Source: Blastocatellia bacterium (GTDB lineage Bacteria; Acidobacteriota; Blastocatellia; UBA7656). From it: 64,000 bases of DNA. The stretch spans positions 608,001-672,000 of the forward strand of contig CAVXWP010000001.1 in NCBI GenBank assembly GCA_963765495.1, given 5' to 3'. Positions 44,978 through 54,092 of this stretch are shown in pieces. Position 1 is the stretch's first letter. Every line of letters begins with the position of its first letter. The notes under the pieces are model-generated. The model had not been told where the DNA came from and searched no databases. It saw nothing but the letters and a program-made list of their open reading frames with translations. The position numbers and the translations under genes are program-made.

Positions 44978-47434
44978 ATGGCTAAAACAAATGAGGGCGT
45001 GAAGTGGGGCGCGCTGATGCTGACTCTGATTTTGCTCGCAAGCTCGATCACTCTGCCAGTGGCGCGCGCGTCTGATTTCGGCGAGAAATCGACCTTTGCG
45101 GCTCGACAGGATTTCGACGAAGATTCGATCACTTTCGATAACCTGCTTCCGGCGGGCGGTTATTCGCTCTATATCGAAATGCGCAATGTAGGTCAGCAGG
45201 TAAAGTCGGGTGGATTTGCCGAGATTCTTGGTCCTCTTTTGCCTATAGTGAGCGGAGGCGCGCGCGAGGTAACCGAGCTTGTCGCCTTTGTCACCGAACA
45301 TGCCGACCAGTTATCCCGGTCGCGTATGATGGTTGCCGCAATGGCTGCTAACGCCTCGCTTCCGCAGGTGGTCTTTGCTCTTGAGATGAGTTCCCCCGAC
45401 GGTGCAAAAGAATTCGAACCGGCGTTTCGAAGCTTTCTCTCATCTATGATGCATTCGCCGCCCGGCGTGCTCGCAGGCCCGCAGCCGTCGGCCGAGGAAG
45501 CTGCGCCTCAACCGAATCTTATTAAACGGGCGGGGAGCCTGCTTATAGTCAGCGACGCGCAGTTCTCTTTCAAATCGCTCAGGCGCGAAGACGGGAAGCT
45601 TCTCTCAAATGACCCAAACTTTCGCGCGGCGCGTGACCGCTTCTATTCCGAAATTCTATTCGTCTATTACGATATGGCCTTGAGCGAACGCGCAGCCAGC
45701 GAGCGATACGACTCCTATGACACAGCCAGCCGGACGGCCGAAATGCAGACCGAGATTCCACCGCCTGCCGAACAGACCGGGGATGCTTCGGTAGAGGCTC
45801 CCCGGTCCGAGCCGGTCCATCAAGCGCCCGCTGTGGTTGCAACTCCCGAAGTCAAAACTACCGAAACCGGAGAAGATGCAGGTGCTGCCGCCTCGGGCGC
45901 GCAAACCTCACCGCCGCGCAAGGGCCGGAGGCGGACGCGCGCCGCCGCGCAGCCAAAGGGTGCGGGCACAGGCAAGGTCGGGAACAAACCCGAAATAGTG
46001 GCTTCTGTAGGTGAGACACCGGCCCCGGACGCCACGGACAACACAAATCGCGGAGATCAATTTGAGGGGATGCTCTCTTTCCTGTTTAGCGGCAGTATGA
46101 GAGAGGCAAGACCGCCTCAGTCCATAGCTCTTGCTCTCGGGTTGGATGGCGATGAATTGCTCATCCACGCTCTGCTGATAAATGAATTTGGAGCGCCCGC
46201 AAGTCCGCTTCCTTTCTTTACGTCTCTGGTTTCAGGTCCTCCATTGCCGCCCGAAGCCGCCGCGTATGCGCCCTCGGATACGGAAATATTTGTGAGCGCA
46301 TCGCTCGACCTGGCGCGCAACTACATTTCGATCTTCGATATGGCCGGGGGGCCGAGTCAGTTGAACCTGAACCCGGGAAGAAAGCAGAAAGAGAAGACCG
46401 AGACGTTTGAAATGAAGATAGCGGCCTTTGAGAAAAAGCATGGCTTCAAGGTTAAAGACGTATTGCTTGCCTCTCTTGGCAATGAGGTTGCGCTGAGTGC
46501 TCAGGGGTCGCTCTTTTCCGGGCGAAGCTCTCCTTCGGGTGTCTCCTCTTCTCAAATATCACAGGCAGGCCCGATTCTTTTTATCTCGGTTCAAGACAAG
46601 GTCGCTTTGCAGCCAAAGCTTGTACCGATACTGGAATTACTGGGATTGAAGACGGCCAGTGAAAAAGGTGTGACCGAAAAGCACGGGGAGATTGAAATCA
46701 CCAGCTACAGCAAGCTCTCTTTCGCATTCATCAACAACTTTCTGTTGCTGGCTCAGAATGCCGCCTCCCTGCGCCGTGCGATAGAGGCTTATACCACAAA
46801 TCAAACGCTTGTAGGAGATCGCGATTTTCACAATTATATGCGCTGGCAGCCGCGCAATCTGCTCGCCCAGGTTTATGTTTCAAGCGCGATTATGAAGGGG
46901 CTGCTTGATGAAACCAAGAAGGCGGCCGAAGAGACCGATGATGAAACACGCGAATTTATCGAGCAGTTGAATTTCGCGCCTGAGCCGATCACATATGCGG
47001 CAGAGTCGGATATAATCGGGCCTCATTACGAATTGCATCTTCCAAAGAGCCTGATATTGATGATGATTGCGCAAATGACGACGGGCGCAAACCGGGGGCG
47101 AATTCCTGCAAATGAGGGATTGGTAAGATATATGTTTACGACGTTGCACGAGGCTGAGGTGCAATACCAGAGCCAGCACGGAAGATTTGCCAGCGCCGAC
47201 GAGCTTGAGGAAGCCAAGATGTTCGATAAATCAGTCTTCGATGGGATGGGCTACAGCTTTGAACTGAGCGCGTCAGGCGGCAGGTATCAGGCTACGGCTG
47301 CGCCGCTCACCTACGGCAAGACGGGTCGCGTATCTTTCTATATTGATGAGACGGGCGTTATCAGAGAGGGCGATCACGAAGGAAAACCCGCGACCGGGGC
47401 AGATAAGGCGTCGTCGCAGACGGGCAAGAACTGA
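44978..47434 (+). CDS. Large exported protein: DUF3352-like body plus C-terminal pilin-head-like domain
   Basis: Signal peptide; low-complexity linker; C-terminal ANE...LHEAEVQY...GYSF...AAPLTYGKTGRVSFYIDETGVIR. Confidence 0.7.
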   Translation: MAKTNEGVKWGALMLTLILLASSITLPVARASDFGEKSTFAARQDFDEDSITFDNLLPAGGYSLYIEMRNVGQQVKSGGFAEILGPLLPIVSGGAREVTELVAFVTEHADQLSRSRMMVAAMAANASLPQVVFALEMSSPDGAKEFEPAFRSFLSSMMHSPPGVLAGPQPSAEEAAPQPNLIKRAGSLLIVSDAQFSFKSLRREDGKLLSNDPNFRAARDRFYSEILFVYYDMALSERAASERYDSYDTASRTAEMQTEIPPPAEQTGDASVEAPRSEPVHQAPAVVATPEVKTTETGEDAGAAASGAQTSPPRKGRRRTRAAAQPKGAGTGKVGNKPEIVASVGETPAPDATDNTNRGDQFEGMLSFLFSGSMREARPPQSIALALGLDGDELLIHALLINEFGAPASPLPFFTSLVSGPPLPPEAAAYAPSDTEIFVSASLDLARNYISIFDMAGGPSQLNLNPGRKQKEKTETFEMKIAAFEKKHGFKVKDVLLASLGNEVALSAQGSLFSGRSSPSGVSSSQISQAGPILFISVQDKVALQPKLVPILELLGLKTASEKGVTEKHGEIEITSYSKLSFAFINNFLLLAQNAASLRRAIEAYTTNQTLVGDRDFHNYMRWQPRNLLAQVYVSSAIMKGLLDETKKAAEETDDETREFIEQLNFAPEPITYAAESDIIGPHYELHLPKSLILMMIAQMTTGANRGRIPANEGLVRYMFTTLHEAEVQYQSQHGRFASADELEEAKMFDKSVFDGMGYSFELSASGGRYQATAAPLTYGKTGRVSFYIDETGVIREGDHEGKPATGADKASSQTGKN

Positions 47435-47443
47435 ATAAAAATC

Positions 47444-47563
47444 GTGATGCGGTCAATGATGCGTGATGCGTGATGCGTGATTTAGCAGACTATCAAGCTG
47501 TCTTAAACCTGCGGTCTGCCGTATAGTCACAAATCACTCTTCACGCATCATTGACCGCGTCAC
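47444..47563. repeat. (TGATGCG)n heptamer inverted repeat between convergent genes
   Basis: Arms 47444-47466 and 47541-47563 (22/23); the right arm supplies the last codons and stop of the GAF gene; same family as 15541-15847. Confidence 0.78.
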
Positions 47564-48257
47564 TGGCCGATGACAGCTTTTCCAGCTTATAACGCTGATC
47601 AATTAGCTTGATCGCAAGATAAGAGAGCGCAAACAGTCCGTATCTTTGCTCGGCAGTCAGAGTGCGGGGCACGCGGTCTATCACGCAGAGCGATCCAAGC
47701 GCATACCCATCAAAAGTGACAAGCGGCGCTCCGGCGTAGAAGCGCACACCTGCTTCGCCGATAACGAAAGGGTTTGAAGAGAAACGCGCATCAGTCGAGG
47801 CATCTTCGATTATAAACAGACCGTGATGGCGGATCGTATGAGCGCAGAAGGCGACCTCTCGCGGCGATTCGTTTATATCTAATCCGACCTTTGATTTGAA
47901 CCACTGTCTTGAGCGATCAATCAGGCTCATCAACGATACGGGCGTTCCGCAAATGGTAGAAGCCAGCCGGGTAATATGGTCGAACTCTTCTTCGGGCGGA
48001 GTGTCGAGCAGATGGTATCGGCGCAGGGCTGCAAGCCTTCCTTTTTCACTTTTCGGCTCGGCAGGTTGATCGGGCGAACGCGAATCAGCCTGAGGCAGAT
48101 TATCTTCAATATTTCCCTTGCTCTTTTCGAAAGAGGCTCCGCTCAGGGTGATGTCCGGGAGCGTCGCTTCCGGGAATCTGGCTGGAACCGAGCCTCCGCA
48201 ATAAGGGCAAAAGTGGACCTCTGATAGAATCTCAGATTTACACGCTGGGCATATCAT
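47541..48257 (-). CDS. Zinc-ribbon plus GAF domain protein
   Basis: CPAC...CPYCG; EKGRLAALRRYHLLDTPPEEEFD, RQWFKS, FCAHTI, RFYAGAPL, GSLCVID. Confidence 0.9.
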   Translation of the reverse strand: MICPACKSEILSEVHFCPYCGGSVPARFPEATLPDITLSGASFEKSKGNIEDNLPQADSRSPDQPAEPKSEKGRLAALRRYHLLDTPPEEEFDHITRLASTICGTPVSLMSLIDRSRQWFKSKVGLDINESPREVAFCAHTIRHHGLFIIEDASTDARFSSNPFVIGEAGVRFYAGAPLVTFDGYALGSLCVIDRVPRTLTAEQRYGLFALSYLAIKLIDQRYKLEKLSSASDAVNDA

Positions 48258-48330
48258 CGGCGCATACTCTATTTTACAATCCGAGAGATTTGCAAGCCCG
48301 TGTGCGCCTCGGCTTAAAAGCAGACGGAAC

Positions 48331-48501
48331 CAGGGTCATTCGGTTCTCAGATTGGCCCCCCGAGATCGCAGGAAATTAAGGAATCACGTATTGCTTTATG
48401 AAAAATCACAGCGTACTTTGCGGCTTCGCAGCTTCGCGAGAAATAGTCGCTCGCAATGTCGCAAAGTACGCCAGGGATTCCCTGAAAGTTAAATGACACT
48501 G
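48331..48501. mobile_element. Degenerate MITE-like copy containing a CGCAAAG-type palindrome
   Basis: Left end CAGGGTCATTCGGTT; weak right end AGTTAAATGACACTG; internal GCGTACTTTGCG...CGCAAAGTACGC. Confidence 0.45.
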
Positions 48502-48520
48502 GCCGCGACTGCCATGTCGC

Positions 48521-49492
48521 TTATTTGCTTGCCGACTCAGAGCCGCCGAGGAATTTGATCACAGCAGCGTTGAATTGTGCCGTCTGCTCTATCTGCGGGA
48601 CGTGGCCGCATTTTTCGATTACCAGAAGCTCTGATCCGGGAATGTCTTTCTTGAACCGCTCGCCCATTGCAAGCGGAGTCAACATATCTTCGCGGCCCCA
48701 AACGATCAGCGTCGGCTGCTTGATTTTAGATGCGTGGTCGTCAAGCACATCTTCGCCGCGACCGATCGATTCGATGAATCGCTGGACGGTGTAACCGTCG
48801 CCCGCCGTCATTTTTCGAGCGAAGAACATGGCTACATTCGCGTCGTTGAGGAAAAGCTTTTTGTTATAGAAGACGAGCGAAAGAATTTGCCGGGTATCTT
48901 CGAGCGTCGAAGGATTCAACGCACTCAACGTGCGAGGATCTGTCTCTTTTGGGAGCGAATAACCGGCTGCATCTACCAGCACAAGCCGCTCGACTTTCTC
49001 CGGGTGAGCGAGAGCGAAAGAGGCGGCAGCAAATCCGCCAAGCGAGTTACCCACAAGCGAAGCGCGTTCGATCTTCAGTTCTTTGTAGAAGCCGTCCAGA
49101 AAATCGACGAGCGTCTGGATGCGATAATTGATCATGGGTTTGTCGGATTTGCCAAAACCTATCTGATCGGGCGCTATAACGCGAAAGTGTTTGGCGAGCG
49201 CGTCGATATTCATCGCCCAGCTTGAATTATCCGCTCCCAGTCCGTGCAGCAAAATCACCACGGGGCCGCTGCCCGCTTCGCGGTAATGAATCTTTACGCC
49301 GTAAACGGTGACGACCTTGTCTTCGGCGTTCTGGGGGAGGGCCGCCTGAGTGCTGCCGGCGCGGGCGAGCAGCGCAGGCATAGAGACCAGTTCTTGCGCA
49401 GCCGCCGCAATTGAGGTTGGGATCAGGATGAGGAGCGAAAGCGCGATTGCCCCGCCTCGGTTGATGAGACCAGGTCCACGGAAGTTTTTCAT
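48521..49492 (-). CDS. Exported alpha/beta-fold hydrolase
   Basis: LLHGLG, DQIGFGKS, GNSLGG, WGRED, CGHVPQ; N-terminal signal peptide. Confidence 0.92.
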   Translation of the reverse strand: MKNFRGPGLINRGGAIALSLLILIPTSIAAAAQELVSMPALLARAGSTQAALPQNAEDKVVTVYGVKIHYREAGSGPVVILLHGLGADNSSWAMNIDALAKHFRVIAPDQIGFGKSDKPMINYRIQTLVDFLDGFYKELKIERASLVGNSLGGFAAASFALAHPEKVERLVLVDAAGYSLPKETDPRTLSALNPSTLEDTRQILSLVFYNKKLFLNDANVAMFFARKMTAGDGYTVQRFIESIGRGEDVLDDHASKIKQPTLIVWGREDMLTPLAMGERFKKDIPGSELLVIEKCGHVPQIEQTAQFNAAVIKFLGGSESASK

Positions 49493-49520
49493 GGGCGGTG
49501 TCCTTTTTATTCTAATGGGA

Positions 49521-50135
49521 TCAGACCCAGACTTTCTCAAGCGGCACGCCGTCATTACATTGCGGGCAATCCTCCTGCGTATGGAACTTCGAATCCACAT
49601 CGAGGACCGAGTAATAGGGTATGTCGCCAATGTCCATCTTTGCGTCATTGAAATGCACGAGCGAGCCGATGGCTATCACCTTCGCCCCGACCTGCTGTAT
49701 CAGGTCTACCATGTAAGTGATGGCTTTGCCCGAGCGCACTATATCATCTACGAGAATGCATTTTAGTCCTTTGGCATCCAGATACTGCCGGAAGTAGTAG
49801 CGGCCGTCCTCTTTTTCGGCCCAGAATATCTGATCGGCATCAAGCGCCTCGCGAACGCCGAAGGCGACAGGGATGCCGCCGGCTGCGGGCGCTACTATCG
49901 CGCAGTCGGGGAGCGCGGCCAGCACATCGTGCTCCATCCGCATCTTGCGCGCAAGAGCTACGTTCAGCACCCGCGCGTTGCCGTGATAACGCATAGCGAG
50001 AGGCATCTGGAAATAATGCTCCGAATGCAACCCATTCGGGAACTCGAAGTGGCCTTCGCGCAGCGCGTCGGTCTCTTTTAAAAGATCGCACACCTGCTCA
50101 CTTGACGGTATAAGCTGAGGCGTTGGTATTAACAT
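49521..50135 (-). CDS. pyrE: Orotate phosphoribosyltransferase-like type I PRTase
   Basis: ALREGHF..NGLHS..YFQ, PRPP loop ILVDDIVRSG, C-terminal CPQC; GGAGG RBS. Confidence 0.75.
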   Translation of the reverse strand: MLIPTPQLIPSSEQVCDLLKETDALREGHFEFPNGLHSEHYFQMPLAMRYHGNARVLNVALARKMRMEHDVLAALPDCAIVAPAAGGIPVAFGVREALDADQIFWAEKEDGRYYFRQYLDAKGLKCILVDDIVRSGKAITYMVDLIQQVGAKVIAIGSLVHFNDAKMDIGDIPYYSVLDVDSKFHTQEDCPQCNDGVPLEKVWV

Positions 50136-50298
50136 TAAACCTCCGTTCGAGCAAAAGAAGCGCTGATCTATTTTGTTGAGCGCCCCGGCCCGGCAACAAA
50201 TATTGATAAGGCATTCAAATTAAGTTGCCATTATATTTCGCCGCCCAAATTGTTTCAAGGTAAGCTTCCGAAAGCCTTCGCGCCTGCCTGTCAGAGCG

Positions 50299-50440
50299 CA
50301 GGGCCATTCAGTTATTGATTAGCGAGCAATAGGCGGAAGAAATCTTAAAAGTTGAGTTCAAGCAAAGGCGTGTTGAAATAGGCCGGGACGCCTATTCCCC
50401 TTTTCCATATGCTACATTTTTGGAAAACTGAATGGTCCTG
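50299..50440. mobile_element. MITE-like element copy (opposite orientation to copy 1)
   Basis: CAGGGCCATTCAGTT ... AACTGAATGGTCCTG; the right 50 bp match the reverse complement of 523-571. Confidence 0.65.
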
Positions 50441-50567
50441 ATAAAATGCCGCTCTAATTATGGTTCTCTTTTCACATCCTGTCATCCTGTTGTAGTATCG
50501 TGGCGTCCTTGTTAACAACCGGCGCTGTCCGGCTTTCGATCAACGGGGCGAATTCAATATCGAGACT

Positions 50568-52907
50568 ATGGAAAGAAAATCAAAACAACCTCAATCTATG
50601 GAAGAGGCAGGGCTCATTCGCAACCTCTCATTGTTTGATATCACAATGGTAGGCGTGGGCGCGATGATCGGCGCGGGCATTTTCGTGCTGACCGGAATCG
50701 CAGCCGGCACGGCCGGGCCCGCGCTTATACTGGCCTTTGCGCTCAACGGCGTTGTAACGGTCTTTACCGCGATGGTCTATGCCGAACTTGGCTCGGCGAT
50801 CCCGGAAGCCGGAGGCGGCTATCTCTGGGTCAAGGAAGGTCTGCCTTCGTGGAATGCCTTTCTTGCCGGATGGATGAGCTGGTTTGCGCACGCCGTCGCG
50901 GGAAGTCTCTACGCCCTCGGGTTCGGCGCATACGTAGAGCTGATGCTCAACCGCTTCGACATATCGCCGTTCGGGCTGACGGGCGAGCCTCTGCATAAGA
51001 TACTGGCGCTTTTGATCGCTCTGGCCTTTATCGCCATCAATTTCAAAGGCGTGTCAGAGACCGGGGCTATCGGCAATCTGGTCACGGTGGGAAAGATCAT
51101 AATACTTGGAATATTCATCGTGAGCGGGCTGGTCGCAATCTATCAGCATCCCGCTTATCTGGATAAATTCACACCCTTTGCGCCTACGGGTATCACAGGG
51201 GTGCTGACGGCTATGGGGCTGACCTTTATCGCCTTCGAAGGATACGAGATCATCGTGCAGGCGGGCGAAGAGGTGAAAAATCCGAAGAAGAATATCCCGA
51301 AGGCGATATTTCTTTCGCTTGCCATAGTGATTCCCATCTACATCCTCGTAGCCTTTACGGCCCTCGGAGCGGTGAACCCTGAAACCAGCGAGCCTACGTG
51401 GCAATGGCTGGCCGCTCACGCCGAGGTAGGACTTGCCGAAGCCGCGCGCCAGTTCATGCCGCTCGGGACGGTGCTGTTGCTTGCGGGCGGGTTGCTTTCG
51501 ACCATGAGCGCGCTCAACGCGACTACGTTCTCTTCCACTCGTGTTTCGTTTGCGATGGGACGCGACCGCAACCTGCCTGATCTTTTCGCAAAAATTCACA
51601 AACGTACGCGCACGCCGCACATGGCTCTATTGTCGAGCGGCGCGCTGATAATAATTATGGCGGTGATGATTCCTATCGAAGACGTAGCGGCGGCGGCAGA
51701 TGTAATGTTTTTGTTGCTCTTCTTACAGGTCAATATCGCCGTGATTACGATACGAAAAAAATATGGAGACAAGCTCGATTACGGATACCTGATTCCATTC
51801 CATCCCGTGTTGCCGATCATCAACATAGGGTTGATCATCTTTCTCGCGCTCTTCATGTTTCACTTCTCAACGCTTGCGTGGTTTTTCGTGATCGGCTGGA
51901 TCGTTGCCGGGCTCGCTATCTACTGGACCTATGCCTCGCGCAGGGAAAGAGAGAAAGAACTGACGCCTATCCTGCTAGAGCAGAGGCTGATTACGCCCGA
52001 CGAACGGTTCCGCGTGCTTGTTCCCATAGCCAATCCGCGAGCCGCCGACACTATTTTGCGGGCTGCCACACGCATTGCGCGCCCGATGGACGGCGAGCTT
52101 TTATTGCTGTATGTGGCGACGCTCGCCCCGCAGACTCCGCTCAGCGCCGGACAAAAAATCATCGAGCAGATTCGCCCCGTGATTGACCAGACCGCAACGC
52201 TTGCCGACAGCATGGGAGTTGATTCGCAGGTGCTTGTGAGGTTGAGTCATAAGCCTTCAAAAGGCATTATCCACACCGTAGAAGAGAGGAAAATAGATTT
52301 CGCCGTCATGGGATGGCGCGGTCGGTCGCGCGATCCGCAGACGATGATCGGGCGCAACATCGACGACGTGCTCAAGCACGCTCCGGCCAATGTGCTCGTC
52401 GTAAAGCAGGGCGCTCCCATCCCTGCCCGCCGTATCCTTATACCTGTGGCAAACCCCCGGACCGCCGGCCTGCTGCTTGCCATAGGGCGGTTGATGCTCG
52501 ATGATGAGGGCGAAGGACATCTTATAACGGCGCTCCACGCAATGCCGCCGGGCCTGTTGCCGGAGGAAAAGACCCGGCGCGTGGACGAAATCAAAGAGGC
52601 GCTCGCAAAGCCTGCTTTTTTCGATCCTCAAGACGCGGTGATACAACTTGACGGCAATCCCATAAGCTTCACGGTTGTCGAGGCGACCGACGTTGTGAAG
52701 GCCATTCTCGACAGTCTGGACGAATCGGATTTGCTTATCGTAGGCTCTTCGGAAGAGAGCTGGCTCAAGCGAAGCATCTATGGTCAGATGCCTTATCGCA
52801 TAGCAAAACAATCGGACTGCCCGGTTATAATGGTCAACCAGGGAACCAGCCAGGTCAAGTTCGGGATTCAGAAATTCTTTCAGTTCTTCCGAGAGTTGGA
52901 AGAGTAA
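50568..52907 (+). CDS. APC-family amino acid permease fused to two universal stress protein domains
   Basis: GAMIGAGIF, YAELGSAIPEAGG, AFEGYE, EEVKNP; C-terminal VLVPIANP and ILIPVANP USP starts. Confidence 0.93.
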   Translation: MERKSKQPQSMEEAGLIRNLSLFDITMVGVGAMIGAGIFVLTGIAAGTAGPALILAFALNGVVTVFTAMVYAELGSAIPEAGGGYLWVKEGLPSWNAFLAGWMSWFAHAVAGSLYALGFGAYVELMLNRFDISPFGLTGEPLHKILALLIALAFIAINFKGVSETGAIGNLVTVGKIIILGIFIVSGLVAIYQHPAYLDKFTPFAPTGITGVLTAMGLTFIAFEGYEIIVQAGEEVKNPKKNIPKAIFLSLAIVIPIYILVAFTALGAVNPETSEPTWQWLAAHAEVGLAEAARQFMPLGTVLLLAGGLLSTMSALNATTFSSTRVSFAMGRDRNLPDLFAKIHKRTRTPHMALLSSGALIIIMAVMIPIEDVAAAADVMFLLLFLQVNIAVITIRKKYGDKLDYGYLIPFHPVLPIINIGLIIFLALFMFHFSTLAWFFVIGWIVAGLAIYWTYASRREREKELTPILLEQRLITPDERFRVLVPIANPRAADTILRAATRIARPMDGELLLLYVATLAPQTPLSAGQKIIEQIRPVIDQTATLADSMGVDSQVLVRLSHKPSKGIIHTVEERKIDFAVMGWRGRSRDPQTMIGRNIDDVLKHAPANVLVVKQGAPIPARRILIPVANPRTAGLLLAIGRLMLDDEGEGHLITALHAMPPGLLPEEKTRRVDEIKEALAKPAFFDPQDAVIQLDGNPISFTVVEATDVVKAILDSLDESDLLIVGSSEESWLKRSIYGQMPYRIAKQSDCPVIMVNQGTSQVKFGIQKFFQFFRELEE

Positions 52908-52954
52908 GAGCCCACGACGCGAAGGACTGGCTGGCCGATTGGCGGAGACCGCTT

Positions 52955-53263
52955 ATGTCACTCGAAGACCTTGAACGCGCAGGTGTGTTGCTTCCCCGCG
53001 ATGAATGGGGAAAGCGCGACCTGCACACAACCGTAAACAAACCCTTGCTTGGGGTCACGGGCGCGACTGCCGCGATTTCAGCCTTGCTGATGTATTTCGG
53101 CGGCGGGGGCCTCTTTACATGGATCGGTGTAGGGCTGTATTTCGTCGTGCTGTTTGGCTTCACCCTCGTTTCGCTTCGAGCCGTCGAGAAGCAAGTCAGC
53201 CAATCAGCGCTCGATCAATCAGAGCATCAGAATCAAGAGGCGCAAGACGCGGATAAAAAGTAG
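52955..53263 (+). CDS. Small two-TM membrane protein
   Basis: GGAG RBS, two hydrophobic segments, co-oriented after the permease. Confidence 0.7.
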   Translation: MSLEDLERAGVLLPRDEWGKRDLHTTVNKPLLGVTGATAAISALLMYFGGGGLFTWIGVGLYFVVLFGFTLVSLRAVEKQVSQSALDQSEHQNQEAQDADKK

Positions 53264-53302
53264 CGGCGCGCGTCTCCTGTCTGCAAATTATGGAGGTTTG
53301 CC

Positions 53303-54025
53303 ATGAGTGAACCGGCTTTAGCCCTGCCAGAAGAGTTCCCCGATTATTTGAAGTATTCGGATGAAATCGCTCCCGTACCCTCGTGGGAGCAGGTGACGCG
53401 AAGCGTAGAGACGATCAGCCATGAGATGCGAGAACACCTCTCGCGGATAATAACCGGCTCAACAGACGAGGCTCAGGCGCAGGCGGTGTGGGAAGCGTGG
53501 CCGGGCAATTATCGCCGCTCGGTCGGGCTGCTCGCGGATAAGATTTACAACGAAGGGTGGCTCGATCTGGTAGGACAGATAGAAGGCTACCCCTGGGATG
53601 GAGGCTTCTTCTTCCATCCGCGTGCGTCTGAGCGGGGCACCTTTTCCGAAGTGATGGAATCGAAATCCGGCAAGGACGGCGCATACACGGAATGCACCCT
53701 GCGCAACGGGCTGTTTGCCTACCTGAACAAATCGGCCCACAAAGGCTGGCAGAGGGGCTGGATGGAAAATAACGCCCCGCTTGCGGCGCTGCACGTAGGC
53801 ATATTTGCAAACGGCACCGCCGAAGTCCATTTCGATGCGTTCAACTCTTTGTATACCAACGGAGCGCCGCGCCGCGAGGTCATACGCATACCCTTGCTTG
53901 GCTCGTTCAACCACGTGATGTTCCGGCTGCACAAGCGGTGGGAGATGTCTCCGTACGGTGCTGTCGCCCGCACATCGGCAAATTTTTATTACATGCTGCG
54001 CGACAAGATTCCGCTTTCGTTTTAA
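53303..54025 (+). CDS. Hypothetical protein
   Basis: 240-aa ORF with strong GGAGGT RBS; globular, Trp/His-rich composition. Confidence 0.75.
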   Translation: MSEPALALPEEFPDYLKYSDEIAPVPSWEQVTRSVETISHEMREHLSRIITGSTDEAQAQAVWEAWPGNYRRSVGLLADKIYNEGWLDLVGQIEGYPWDGGFFFHPRASERGTFSEVMESKSGKDGAYTECTLRNGLFAYLNKSAHKGWQRGWMENNAPLAALHVGIFANGTAEVHFDAFNSLYTNGAPRREVIRIPLLGSFNHVMFRLHKRWEMSPYGAVARTSANFYYMLRDKIPLSF

Positions 54026-54092
54026 AGGTAGCGCAAATAGGCCGCAACCTATTGCCTCTTTCCCAACCATTCAAATGAATTTCGATCAAGCT

